A stretch of DNA of 64,000 bases from Promethearchaeota archaeon. GTDB taxonomy: Archaea; Asgardarchaeota; Lokiarchaeia; Sigyniarchaeales; SOKP01. The DNA lies in NCBI GenBank assembly GCA_048941285.1, contig JBHLNS010000012.1:8859-72858 (forward strand), given 5' to 3'. Positions 17,404 to 27,831 of the stretch are shown here, piece after piece (position 1 is the first letter of the stretch; every line of letters begins with the position of its first letter). The notes under the pieces were generated by a model, which was given only the letters and a program-made list of their open reading frames with translations, made no database searches and had not been told where the DNA came from. The translations under genes and the position numbers were made by a program.

Positions 17404-19035
17404 CTATATTCCTCCTTTTTCTTCAGTTAATAAAGTAAACCATTTAAATAGTCTTTTGAAAAAACTTCCTTTAACTTCATGCAATTTAGCATAATTTATT
17501 CCGATATATTCTAATCTTTTAATGAGTTCAAATAACCTTTCATAAAAGTGCGAATAATTTTTCTTTTTTTTAAGAGTCCATCCAATTTCTGCAAAAGCCA
17601 TGAGACGTGGAAAGGTTTGCCATTCTATACGGTTATTATTAGGGGTATATTCTCCCCACATAAGTGCTTCTAACCCCAATATATTTTTATGATACTTCTT
17701 ATCAAGTTTTTTTGGTATTGGCTCAAATTTATATGCCCGTTTTAATGGGGTAAAAGAATAAGAATGATCCAAATAGGTATATTTAAAATCAGAAATAATG
17801 GCTTCTCCTCCTTTAGTAATATGATTAAAGACTTTTTTCTTACTACGAAACCAATACTGGCAAATAATTTTTTCTTTTAAATTTTTATCCAAAACATCAT
17901 TCCAACATATTACTTCTTGGCCTTTAGAATTCAAATACCTAGATACCCTATTTATAAAATAGGATTGTAAATCTTTTTCATCTTTTAACCCTTCTGATTT
18001 TAGTCTATTTTGGCAAACAGGGCATACTTTCCATCTATCCTTAAGTACTTCATCTCCTCCTATATGCACTATATTTGAAGGAAAAATGGCCATTATTTCT
18101 TGTAAAACTCTATTTACAAATTCAAAAACCTCATCTTTACCTACACAAATTATGTCTTTATGAAAACCCCAATGTGTGGAAACTTTAAACGGATATTCTT
18201 TACAGCTTAAATTTGGATAAGATGCTAGAACGGCTCTGGAGTGCCCTGGTAAATCTATTTCTGGTATAATATCGACAAATCTATTTTTTGCATACTTTAT
18301 AATCTCTTGAATATCTTCTTGTGAATAATGTCCTTTATGGGGGATTCCGTCTCGTCGTTTACTAAGACGTCCCCCTGATTGGGTTTCCTCTCTCTTTGAG
18401 CCAATTTCAGTAAGTTTAGGATACTTTTTGATTTCAATCCTCCATCCTTGATCATCAGTTAAGTGCCAATGGAAACGGTTCATCTTAAAAAGAGATATGA
18501 GGTCAAGCAATTTTTTGACAACTTCTTTTCCTTGAAAATGTCTTGCCTCATCTAACATATAGCCACGCCAAGGGAATCTTGGATAATCTTGTATTTTTAG
18601 GCATGGAATCTTCCAATAAACCTCTTTAACTATTTTTTTACTCTCGATTTCAATAGGTAGGAGTTGTCTCAATGTTTGGATACCATAAAAAATTCCCGCA
18701 GTATTATTAGCTGAAATCTCAATTTTTGAAGGATTTATTTCAAGATTATAGCCTTCGTTTCCTAACTTATTTACCTCATTTAGCTGTATCAGCTTAATAG
18801 AATTTTCATTTAATGGAATATTATTATTATTTTGTATAGATAATTTGAATCCTGTTGAAATATATAGAAATTTCTTTAAATATTCACTTAAATCAATAAA
18901 CTTTTGATCTGAACAGATCAGGCTACTTTCTGTTAGATTAAAATTTCCTGAGGAAATTTTTAGCGATACAGGTTCTGGAATAATAGCTATATTTGTAATT
19001 AAAGTCACACTCTTGCTTCTTGTTAAATCATTCAA
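17404..19035 (-). CDS. Beta-N-acetylhexosaminidase (GH20)
   Basis: DYPRFPWRGYMLDEARHF, HWHLTDDQGWRIEI, PEIDLPGH and catalytic HIGGDEV. No signal peptide is evident. Confidence 0.95.
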   Translation of the reverse strand: MNDLTRSKSVTLITNIAIIPEPVSLKISSGNFNLTESSLICSDQKFIDLSEYLKKFLYISTGFKLSIQNNNNIPLNENSIKLIQLNEVNKLGNEGYNLEINPSKIEISANNTAGIFYGIQTLRQLLPIEIESKKIVKEVYWKIPCLKIQDYPRFPWRGYMLDEARHFQGKEVVKKLLDLISLFKMNRFHWHLTDDQGWRIEIKKYPKLTEIGSKREETQSGGRLSKRRDGIPHKGHYSQEDIQEIIKYAKNRFVDIIPEIDLPGHSRAVLASYPNLSCKEYPFKVSTHWGFHKDIICVGKDEVFEFVNRVLQEIMAIFPSNIVHIGGDEVLKDRWKVCPVCQNRLKSEGLKDEKDLQSYFINRVSRYLNSKGQEVICWNDVLDKNLKEKIICQYWFRSKKKVFNHITKGGEAIISDFKYTYLDHSYSFTPLKRAYKFEPIPKKLDKKYHKNILGLEALMWGEYTPNNNRIEWQTFPRLMAFAEIGWTLKKKKNYSHFYERLFELIKRLEYIGINYAKLHEVKGSFFKRLFKWFTLLTEEKGGI

Positions 19036-19109
19036 AAATTAAAAATTAAAATAATTATTAAAATTAATTACGAATTGAAGATTATTACTAAAATTTTTTT
19101 TTTAAAATC

Positions 19110-21032
19110 ATGAGATTACAAATTAAAAATGAATGGTTCATTGATGAGGCTGGACGTAGAGTTTTACTTAGAGGAGTAAATCTAGGAGGGAGCAGTAAGG
19201 TTCCCTATACTCCTAATGGTGCAACTCACATTAAAACTGATTTCAGTGATCATAGAGATGTATCATTTGTTGGACGTCCATTTCCTATAAGAGAAGCGGA
19301 TGATAATTTTACTCGGTTAAAACATTGGGGTTTTAATTGCCTTAGATTTTTAGTAACATGGGAAGCAATTGAACATAAAGGACCTGGGCAATATGATAAG
19401 GAATATTTAGATTATCTCGAGGAGATATTAAAAATAGCTGAAAATTACAAATTTTATACGTTTATAGATCCTCATCAAGATGTTTGGAGTAGAATGACTG
19501 GAGGAGATGGTGCCCCTGGATGGACTTTTGAAAAGGTTGGTTTAGATTTTAAGAAATTTGACGCTGCTGATGCTGCTCTAGTTATGCAATATAGATATAA
19601 CCCTAATAACCCAAATGCATATCCTGAAATGCATTGGACTAGCAATGCTGTTAAATTTCCTAATGGAACAATGTGGACATTATTTTTTGGTGGTAAAGAT
19701 TTCGCACAATCTTGTAATATTAATGGGTTAAATGTTCAAGATTACTTACAGCAACATTTTTTTGAAGCAATCAAACAAGTAGCACTTAGAGTTAGGGATA
19801 ACCCTTACATTATTGGATTTGAAGTCTTAAATGAACCTGAACAGGGTTGGATAGAAAAACGAGTTGATGGAATTGGGGCAGAAAAATTTTCTGAAGATTT
19901 TGGTCATAAATTTACCCCTTTTGATGCTATGTTAGTTGGTTCAGGATTTACAAGATCAGTAGGATATAACGAACTTAAAAGATTTGGTATAAAAGAGACA
20001 AGAAAAGATGAATTAAATAAAGAAAGGATCTCTTGTTGGTTAGAAGGAGTTGAAGATATATGGAAGAAAGAAGGTGTATGGGGATTAGATGAAAAAGGGA
20101 TTCCAGTAATTCTAAAAAATGATTATTTTACTAAAAAGCAAGAACATTCAATAAATTTTTTTGAAGACTACCTTTCCCCATTCATATTTAGTTATACAAA
20201 AAATATTCGAGATGTTTTTTCTAAAGCAATTATCTTTTTCGGAAGTCATCCTATTAGAATTTTAAGAGGCGAAAAGCTTTATCTAAGAGTTCCTAATAAT
20301 ATTGTTAATGCAACTCATTGGTACGACCCTAGTTTGGGGACCAAAAGACCTATGATTAAAGCAAGTTATGATATGGCTGCAGATAAGATAATAATGGGGA
20401 AAAAAAATGTGCAGGATATGTTTATACGACAATTAAATCATATTAAAAACATTTCAAAATCAATACATGGTGGAGTTCCTACTTTAATAGGAGAATTTGG
20501 AATTCCTTATGATATGAATAAAAAAGAAGCCTATAAAATGCTTAAGACAGAGCCAAAATTAGCTTGGCAAAATCATATAAAACTTCAAAATATGATATAT
20601 AATGCTTTGGATGTAAATTTATTGCATTCGACTCAATGGAATTACACATCGGATAATGATAATAAATGGGGTGATCAATGGAACCTTGAAGATCTTTCCA
20701 TTTTTAGCAGAGATCAACATTTAGATCCTAATGACATCAATAGCGGTGGAAGAGCAATTAAAGGATTTTGCCGTCCCCGCTTTATTCATTGCTCAGGAAT
20801 ACCACTAAAAATGAATTTTAATTACAAGGAAAAGATTTTCAATTTTGAATTTAATGCGGATTCTTCAATAGAAGCCCCTACAATCATTTATATACCCAAT
20901 ATTCAATATCCAAATGGATATGAAATCGACCTTAATGACGGAGAAATTGACCAAAAGGATAGCGAACAATTAATTTTCGTAAAAACTAAAAAAGATGGTG
21001 TTCACACCATTAATATTACTGCCATCACTTAA
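19110..21032 (+). CDS. GH5 glycoside hydrolase, endoglycoceramidase / steryl-glucosidase-like
   Basis: LRGVNLGGSSKVP, TWEAIEH.GPG.YD, DPHQDVWSR.TGGDGAP, acid/base NEP, nucleophile IGEFG and WN.EDLSIFS. Confidence 0.88.
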   Translation: MRLQIKNEWFIDEAGRRVLLRGVNLGGSSKVPYTPNGATHIKTDFSDHRDVSFVGRPFPIREADDNFTRLKHWGFNCLRFLVTWEAIEHKGPGQYDKEYLDYLEEILKIAENYKFYTFIDPHQDVWSRMTGGDGAPGWTFEKVGLDFKKFDAADAALVMQYRYNPNNPNAYPEMHWTSNAVKFPNGTMWTLFFGGKDFAQSCNINGLNVQDYLQQHFFEAIKQVALRVRDNPYIIGFEVLNEPEQGWIEKRVDGIGAEKFSEDFGHKFTPFDAMLVGSGFTRSVGYNELKRFGIKETRKDELNKERISCWLEGVEDIWKKEGVWGLDEKGIPVILKNDYFTKKQEHSINFFEDYLSPFIFSYTKNIRDVFSKAIIFFGSHPIRILRGEKLYLRVPNNIVNATHWYDPSLGTKRPMIKASYDMAADKIIMGKKNVQDMFIRQLNHIKNISKSIHGGVPTLIGEFGIPYDMNKKEAYKMLKTEPKLAWQNHIKLQNMIYNALDVNLLHSTQWNYTSDNDNKWGDQWNLEDLSIFSRDQHLDPNDINSGGRAIKGFCRPRFIHCSGIPLKMNFNYKEKIFNFEFNADSSIEAPTIIYIPNIQYPNGYEIDLNDGEIDQKDSEQLIFVKTKKDGVHTINITAIT

Positions 21033-21152
21033 AGTGCTTCTTTTAATCCACATTGTATATAAATTTAAATAATAAGCATAAATAATTCAAGATATTATTA
21101 AACTATAAAAAAACCCATTAATTTTGGTATAAAACCTTAAAAAAGGAGATTA

Positions 21153-22190
21153 ATGATTGAAAAAGTTGTTACTTTTGGAGAAATTATGTTAAGGCTTTCT
21201 CCCCCTAATTTTATGCGATTTATTCAGACTCACTCTTTTGACGTAATTTTTGGAGGTGGAGAAGCTAATGTTGCTGTATCTTTAGCTAATTATGGAATAC
21301 CTGTTGATTATATAACAAAGGTACCAAATAATGAAATTGGTGATGCTTGTATTCAATTCCTCCGAAAATACAATGTGAATACAAATATGATTGTGAGGGG
21401 TGGAGATAGAATAGGAATATATTATCTTGAAATGGGATCTTCCATTCGACCGAGCAAAATTATTTATGATCGAGCTAATTCAGCAATTTCTGAAGCTAAT
21501 TCTAAAGATTTTAATTGGCATCGAATTTTCGATGGGGCTTCTTGGTTTCATTTTACTGGTATTACTCCAGCAATTTCACAAAATTTAGCTAGTATCTGTC
21601 TTGAAGCTTTAAAAGTGGCAAAAGAGAAAAAAATTACTATTTCTTGTGATCTAAATTATCGTAGTAAACTATGGAAATATGGAAAAGAAAGTAGCGAAGT
21701 AATGCCTGAATTAATTAAATATTGCGATATTATTATTGGTAATGAAGAAGATGCCGACAAAATCTTGAACATTAAAGCTCCTAATACCGATGTAACATCT
21801 GGTAAACTTGAATCTGAGAACTATAAATATGTAGTTGAAGAAATAGTGAAAAAATTTCCAAATCTGAAAAAAATAGCAATAACTTTAAGAGGATCAATTT
21901 CTGCTAGCCATAATTTGTGGTCAGCCATTTTATATGATGGTAAAAAGTTGTTTACAGGTCCTCAATATGAGATTAAACCCATTGTGGATAGAGTAGGTGG
22001 AGGTGATTCCTTTATGGGAGGATTAATATATGGATTATTAACATACAAGAATGATCTTCAATCTGCTCTTGATTTCGCGATAGCTGCTTCTTGTCTAAAA
22101 CATACTATATTTGGTGATTTTAATTTAGTCTCGGTGGATGATGTTCTTAAATTAATGGGGGGAGACACTTCTGGACGTGTTTCAAGATAA
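21153..22190 (+). CDS. kdgK: PfkB-family sugar kinase, 2-keto-3-deoxygluconate kinase-like
   Basis: VTFGEIMLRLSPP, GGGEANVA, DLNYRSKLW and DRVGGGDSF. Confidence 0.85.
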   Translation: MIEKVVTFGEIMLRLSPPNFMRFIQTHSFDVIFGGGEANVAVSLANYGIPVDYITKVPNNEIGDACIQFLRKYNVNTNMIVRGGDRIGIYYLEMGSSIRPSKIIYDRANSAISEANSKDFNWHRIFDGASWFHFTGITPAISQNLASICLEALKVAKEKKITISCDLNYRSKLWKYGKESSEVMPELIKYCDIIIGNEEDADKILNIKAPNTDVTSGKLESENYKYVVEEIVKKFPNLKKIAITLRGSISASHNLWSAILYDGKKLFTGPQYEIKPIVDRVGGGDSFMGGLIYGLLTYKNDLQSALDFAIAASCLKHTIFGDFNLVSVDDVLKLMGGDTSGRVSR

Positions 22191-22214
22191 TAACTAAGGG
22201 GGTTAAGAAAAATC

Positions 22215-23021
22215 ATGAATGAAAATGAAAGTGTAATTATTACTGCTACTACGGCAAATTCTTGGATATATCCTGTTGTTAAAAATTGGGCTCAAACAAT
22301 TGAAGCTTTAATTGAGGATGTAGTACAATGTTATGAAGCTGGTGCTGCAATTGCACATATTCATCTCCCTCGTGGAGAAGAGATCGAAATAGTTAAACAA
22401 ATAAGAGAAAGGTGTGATGTAATCATACAAGCTGGTATGTCAAGTGAATCCATCCCTAAAAGAAAAGGTGATTTTGATGCTAAACCAGATATGATGTCAG
22501 TTATACTAAATCATCATTCAGAACATTTTTCTGAAGTCACAGTTGATGTACTACATCCACTTACAGAACTTGAAGAATATTGTATAAAATGTAAAGACGC
22601 GAACATAAAGCCAGAATGGGAAGTTTGGCAACATGGGTCATATTGGAACTTAAATTATTTAATAGAAAAAGGATTATTAAAATGGGTTAAACCACATATT
22701 CTAACATTATTTTTCAATTGGCCGGGTGGAACGTGGAGTCCTGCAAATTTCGAAGAATATATGCACAGGAAGAGATATTTGCCGGCTAATAGTGTTCATA
22801 CTGTAAGTGTAATGGGTGAAGATCAGATGAGATTGTTAGTATTTGTTCTAACACATGGAGGTAACATCCGAGTGGGTACTGAAGATTATCCATTTATTAA
22901 AAAAGGGATTGTAGCAAAAAATAATGCTGAAATAGTTAAAAATTATGTGAGCATTATTAAACACGTAGGTAAAGAAGTAGTTGATCCGTCTGAGGCACGT
23001 AAGATTTTAGGTCTACATTAA
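22215..23021 (+). CDS. Beta-keto acid cleavage enzyme (BKACE/Kce family)
   Basis: VIITA, CYEAGAAIAHIH, KPEWEV and GGNIRVGTED. Confidence 0.85.
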   Translation: MNENESVIITATTANSWIYPVVKNWAQTIEALIEDVVQCYEAGAAIAHIHLPRGEEIEIVKQIRERCDVIIQAGMSSESIPKRKGDFDAKPDMMSVILNHHSEHFSEVTVDVLHPLTELEEYCIKCKDANIKPEWEVWQHGSYWNLNYLIEKGLLKWVKPHILTLFFNWPGGTWSPANFEEYMHRKRYLPANSVHTVSVMGEDQMRLLVFVLTHGGNIRVGTEDYPFIKKGIVAKNNAEIVKNYVSIIKHVGKEVVDPSEARKILGLH

Positions 23022-23067
23022 TTTTAATTTATATTAATTATTAGAATAAATTCAAAAATATTATGTT

Positions 23068-23817
23068 ATGAAGTTAAAAGATAAAGTAGCTATAATAACG
23101 GGGGCAGGAGCAGGAATTGGAGAAGCTACAGCTCTCCTTTTTGCTAACCATGGTGCGAAAGTTTGTTGTAACTCTTTAACTAAATCTGCTGAAGAAGTAG
23201 TAAATAGAATTAAAACTAACGGTGGAGATGCCATATTTGTTCAAGCTGATGTTGCTATAGAAGACCAAGCAAAAATAATTATTGAAAAAACCATTCAGAT
23301 TTATGGGAAAATTGATATACTCTTTAATAACGCTGGAATCGTACTTGGAGGGGCAATAGACACAATATCATCTAGTGATTGGGATAGGACTATGGCTGTA
23401 AATGTGAAAGGTATTTACTTGGTTTCGAAATATGCAATTCCTTATCTTAAGAAAACTCAAGGGGTGATTATAAATAATGCCTCATCAGTAGCTTTTAAAG
23501 GGGTAAAGGATAGAGCTGCATACACTGCCTCTAAAGGTGCTGTACTTTCAATGACAAGAGCAATGGCAATGGATTATCTAGAAGATAAAATTAGAGTAAA
23601 TGCTATTTGTCCCGGAACAACAGACACACCATCATTGGCCGAAAGAATAAGAAAAAGAGGGGGAAATTATGAAGAAGTCAGAAAACAGTACATTTCGCGA
23701 CAGAGGATAGGAAGGTTAGGCACTACTGAGGAAATAGCTGAGGGGGTGCTATTTCTAGTGTTAAATGGATTCTGTACAGGAATAAGCCTTTTAATTGATG
23801 GTGGAATGACCATGTAA
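23068..23817 (+). CDS. Short-chain dehydrogenase/reductase
   Basis: TGAGAGIG, NNAG, YTASK and NAICPGTTDT. Confidence 0.95.
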   Translation: MKLKDKVAIITGAGAGIGEATALLFANHGAKVCCNSLTKSAEEVVNRIKTNGGDAIFVQADVAIEDQAKIIIEKTIQIYGKIDILFNNAGIVLGGAIDTISSSDWDRTMAVNVKGIYLVSKYAIPYLKKTQGVIINNASSVAFKGVKDRAAYTASKGAVLSMTRAMAMDYLEDKIRVNAICPGTTDTPSLAERIRKRGGNYEEVRKQYISRQRIGRLGTTEEIAEGVLFLVLNGFCTGISLLIDGGMTM

Positions 23818-23850
23818 CAAAAATTCAACAAAATATTATAAGGATTAAAA

Positions 23851-24993
23851 ATGGGAATAGTTAAATTTGGAATTTTAGGATGTGGAAATGCAAGTAATTT
23901 TCATACTCTAGGAGTTAAAAGAGATCCAAAACCAAATATTAAATTTATATCTGCTTATGATATTAATGAAAAAAATCTAAATCGAGTTGCCAAACGTAAT
24001 AAACTTAAAACTTACACAGATCTAGATAGTTTCCTTAAAAGTGATATCGATGCTGTTTTATTATTAGTTCCCCATTATCTACATGCAGATCTAACTGAAA
24101 AAATTGCAAAGGCTGGTAAGCATGTGCTCTGTGAAAAACCCATGGCATGTACACTTGAAGAATGTGACAGGATGATTGAAGCTACTAAAAAATCTGGAGT
24201 TAAATTTATGATAGCAGAGAATCATAGATTTTTACCTGTTCATAAATACATTAAAATTCTACTAGAGAAAGATTTTATTGGAGATGTTTTCTTAGCTCGA
24301 ACATATGAAGGTGCTTATTGTGATAAGCAAGAATTTTTAGATCCTAATATGTGGAATTTTACCTTCGATAAAGGTGGAGGTGGAGTTGTTATGGACCAAG
24401 GCGTCCATAAATTTGCCATGTTAAATTGGTTTCTGGGTGAAGTTGATTCAGCTCAATGTTGGTGTTCAAAAACATTAAATAGTCCCCCCAATAAAGGCGA
24501 AGATACCGCGATAATTTTGTTACGGTATAAATCTGGAGCAATAGTAAGTGTTAGCTTATCTTCTACAACCGTACATCCTTTAAACAATAGTACTGAATTA
24601 CAAGGCACGAAAGGGACTATTTATGAAGATCATTCTTGGGAGAATCCTCTTAAAATTTTCTCATCTCATCCTGATGCAGAAAAAAAAGGCGAGTTTTATA
24701 GTCCATGTGAATCTATTGAACACGGTAGTTATCCACAATATTATACAATCTCAGCTCGAAACGAAGATCACTATTTTGCAGATTGTATCTTAATGGATAG
24801 AGAGCCAGAGTTTACTCCTGAGCAAGCAAAAGGAGCTGTCGCGGTGGTACTTCTTTCATATCTCTCAGCTAAGAAAAGAACGGTAACTACTATGGATGAA
24901 TTGAAAAAATTGACAAAAGAAAAAGGAACAAAGTCTATTTTAGAAGGATTTTTATCTGTTATTCAAAAGAATTATGATCATTTAAATTGGTAA
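23851..24993 (+). CDS. Gfo/Idh/MocA oxidoreductase
   Basis: GILGCG, GKHVLCEKPM and GGGVVMDQGVH. Confidence 0.92.
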   Translation: MGIVKFGILGCGNASNFHTLGVKRDPKPNIKFISAYDINEKNLNRVAKRNKLKTYTDLDSFLKSDIDAVLLLVPHYLHADLTEKIAKAGKHVLCEKPMACTLEECDRMIEATKKSGVKFMIAENHRFLPVHKYIKILLEKDFIGDVFLARTYEGAYCDKQEFLDPNMWNFTFDKGGGGVVMDQGVHKFAMLNWFLGEVDSAQCWCSKTLNSPPNKGEDTAIILLRYKSGAIVSVSLSSTTVHPLNNSTELQGTKGTIYEDHSWENPLKIFSSHPDAEKKGEFYSPCESIEHGSYPQYYTISARNEDHYFADCILMDREPEFTPEQAKGAVAVVLLSYLSAKKRTVTTMDELKKLTKEKGTKSILEGFLSVIQKNYDHLNW

Positions 24994-25017
24994 AAATTCA
25001 ATAATTAAATAAAAAAG

Positions 25018-25716
25018 GTGTTTGATTTGGTAAAACATATTGGAATTATTGCTTGTAGTGCAGAGGGGGCTGCTCTATGTTATAAAACTATCTGCATTGA
25101 AGCTCAAGAGAAGTTGTTTAGATATAGACACCCTGAAATAACAATGCACACTCCTCCTCTAGCAGACTACATGCAACACATATGGAATGGAAATTGGGAG
25201 GGTGTTGCAGATCTAATGCTTAAATCAGTTGAGATCGTAGCAAAATCTGGAGCTGATTTTGCTATTTGCCCGGATAACACTATTCATCAAGCTTATGATT
25301 TAATGATTTCTAAATCACCTATTCCATGGCTTCATATTGCGCGAGTTGTTGGAGAAGAAGCTAAGCAAAAAAAGTATAAACATTTAGGAATTCTTGGTAC
25401 AAAATATCTGATGAATTCTTCAGTTTATCCTGATGCTCTTAAGAAATATAATATTACTACTGAGATTCCAGAGGTTCCTAATCAAGATAAAATCGACAGA
25501 ATTATTTTTGAAGAGCTAGTAAATGGTATTTTTTCAGAAGCATCTAGAAAAGAGTTCAATAAAATTATTCAGAAACTAGCAATAAGTGGGTGTGATGCTG
25601 TTGTTCTTGGATGTACAGAGATACCTCTACTTATTAACCCTGATGATTGCCCCTTACCATGTTTAGATTCTGCTAGATTACTTGCAAGGGCTGCAATTGA
25701 AAAGGCTTTAGAATAA
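25018..25716 (+). CDS. Aspartate/glutamate racemase family protein
   Basis: Two catalytic Cys motifs, ICPDNTIH and LGCTEIPL. Confidence 0.9.
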   Translation: MFDLVKHIGIIACSAEGAALCYKTICIEAQEKLFRYRHPEITMHTPPLADYMQHIWNGNWEGVADLMLKSVEIVAKSGADFAICPDNTIHQAYDLMISKSPIPWLHIARVVGEEAKQKKYKHLGILGTKYLMNSSVYPDALKKYNITTEIPEVPNQDKIDRIIFEELVNGIFSEASRKEFNKIIQKLAISGCDAVVLGCTEIPLLINPDDCPLPCLDSARLLARAAIEKALE

Positions 25717-25749
25717 AAAAATAATATAAGAAAAAGAAGTATTTTAATG

Positions 25750-26532
25750 TTATCTAGTTGTCCATCCACCATCAATTCTAAGATCTGCTCCAGTTATATA
25801 AGAGGATTCTTCAGTTGCTAAAAATAGAATCCCCATTGCAATTTCATCCGGAGAAGCCCAACGCCCCAATACACCTTCTTCTTCAAATTCTTTTTTAACT
25901 TCTTGATAATCCAATCCTCTATCTTTTGCTTGTTTTGCTACATCACTTTGTAACATTGGGGTATCTGTTGCCCCTGGACTTACACTATTTACGCGTACAT
26001 TAAATGCTGCTAAATCTAAAGCTAAAGCTCTTGTGTAACCTAATACGGCTGCTTTAGTTGAACAATAATTTGCGTGAGCTGTTTGACCTATATGAGCAGC
26101 AACGGATGCTAGGGTTATTATTGATCCAAATTTCTGTTTTTTAAAATAGGGTACGGCATATTTACATGTATAATGTGTACCTTTAATATTCACATCAATA
26201 AGTAAATCATAATCATTGTCAGGAAATGTTTCTACTTCCCCCACTCTAACAACTCCAGCATTAACGACTAATACATCGATTCTTCCATGTTTTTCGATTG
26301 CAAAATCAATCATTTTTTTCACTTCTTCTGGATTACGCACGTCAACTTTCATGATAGTTGCTTTTGTTTTTAATTCCCCTAGGAATTCATAAGTTTCTTT
26401 TAATCCATCTTCATTAATATCAGAAAGAACTTGAATGGCTCCTTCTTTAGCAAATAGAATCGCTGTGGATCTTCCAATTCCAGATGCCGCTCCAGTTAAC
26501 ACGGTAATTTTATCTTTTAAGCGCACATTCAT
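25750..26532 (-). CDS. Short-chain dehydrogenase/reductase
   Basis: TGAASGIG, VNAG, YCSTK and VSPGATDTP. Confidence 0.95.
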   Translation of the reverse strand: MNVRLKDKITVLTGAASGIGRSTAILFAKEGAIQVLSDINEDGLKETYEFLGELKTKATIMKVDVRNPEEVKKMIDFAIEKHGRIDVLVVNAGVVRVGEVETFPDNDYDLLIDVNIKGTHYTCKYAVPYFKKQKFGSIITLASVAAHIGQTAHANYCSTKAAVLGYTRALALDLAAFNVRVNSVSPGATDTPMLQSDVAKQAKDRGLDYQEVKKEFEEEGVLGRWASPDEIAMGILFLATEESSYITGADLRIDGGWTTR

Positions 26533-26660
26533 TCACTTTTTTTTTAATTTACTGAAATTATTCTCATAATTTAATTTTTCTAGAAAATATTATCAAGATT
26601 AACTAATCATTTGTAGAGATCTATAGAAGCTTATAAATTTTATATAAATATTTCTTATTT

Positions 26661-27800
26661 ATGGATTCTGTAAAATATGGATTAGTCGGGATAGGAAATA
26701 CTTTTAATTCCGCTTGGCCTTATCATTATGTTGGCTGCAAAAATAACCCAAAAATAGAATTTGTTTCAGTTTATGATATTAATCGAAAGAAAGCGACTAA
26801 ATTAGCTAAGATCTTCAAACTAAAAACTTTTTCTTCTTATGAAGAACTTCTAGATAGTGATATTGATGCTGTTCTTGTTTTAGTTCCTCATCATGCACAT
26901 GAAGAGGTGGTGATAAAAGCAGCAAAAGCAGGAAAGCATGTTCTATGTGAAAAACCAATGGCAACGACTCTTGAGGGCTGTGATCAAATGATTAATGCTA
27001 CTAAAAAAGCAAGAGTTAAGTTTATGATTGCTGAAAACCATCGTTTTTTACCTGCTCATCAAAGTATCCATAATTTTATTAATGAAGGAACAATTGGGAA
27101 AATTTTTATGGTACGCTCCTATGAAGGAGTTCCAGAGGTTCATAATGTTAACAATCCAGAGTCTTGGAAGGCACATCCTTTAAAAGCAGGAGGAGGTGCT
27201 TTAATGGATATGGGTGTTCATAAATTTGCTACTTTTAATTGGATTTTAAATGATAAAGTTAATTCTGCTTATTGTTGGCTTGCTAAGCAACTAACGACTC
27301 TACCAGAAAAAGCAGAAGATAACGCTTTCATTTTTTTAAAATATCAGTCTGGTGTTATAGCAGAGTGTGTTTTAAGTTTTACTGTTAATGCTCCCTCGTC
27401 AAACCAATTAGAGGTTTATGGTACAGAGGGAACATTGATAGAAAATCACGATTGGATAAAGCCGATCAAAATTTATACCTCACACAAGTTAAATGCCGAG
27501 AAATTAAATGGATGGTATTTCCCGAAAATTAACCATGGTCCTTTTCCAAAATATTATCATATTTCAATGGGTATAGAAGATTCATATTTTACAGAATGTA
27601 TATTAAATGATAAAGAACCTGATTTTACACCCCAACAAGCGAAAGAAGCAGTAGCTACTGTTCTTTTGGCCTATTTAGCAGCAATCAATGGTAGAACTAC
27701 ATCAATGGATGAATTAATGAAATTGTATAAAACAAGAGGAACTAAGACTATTTCAAAAGAATTAGGAAAATCAATCCAAGAAAATTATCTTTTAGGATAA
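26661..27800 (+). CDS. Gfo/Idh/MocA oxidoreductase (paralog of 23851..24993)
   Basis: GKHVLCEKPMA, KFMIAENHRFLP and GGGALMDMGVHKFA are shared with the upstream paralog. Confidence 0.92.
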   Translation: MDSVKYGLVGIGNTFNSAWPYHYVGCKNNPKIEFVSVYDINRKKATKLAKIFKLKTFSSYEELLDSDIDAVLVLVPHHAHEEVVIKAAKAGKHVLCEKPMATTLEGCDQMINATKKARVKFMIAENHRFLPAHQSIHNFINEGTIGKIFMVRSYEGVPEVHNVNNPESWKAHPLKAGGGALMDMGVHKFATFNWILNDKVNSAYCWLAKQLTTLPEKAEDNAFIFLKYQSGVIAECVLSFTVNAPSSNQLEVYGTEGTLIENHDWIKPIKIYTSHKLNAEKLNGWYFPKINHGPFPKYYHISMGIEDSYFTECILNDKEPDFTPQQAKEAVATVLLAYLAAINGRTTSMDELMKLYKTRGTKTISKELGKSIQENYLLG

Positions 27801-27831
27801 TTAAAAATGAATAAAAGAAATAATTAATTTG

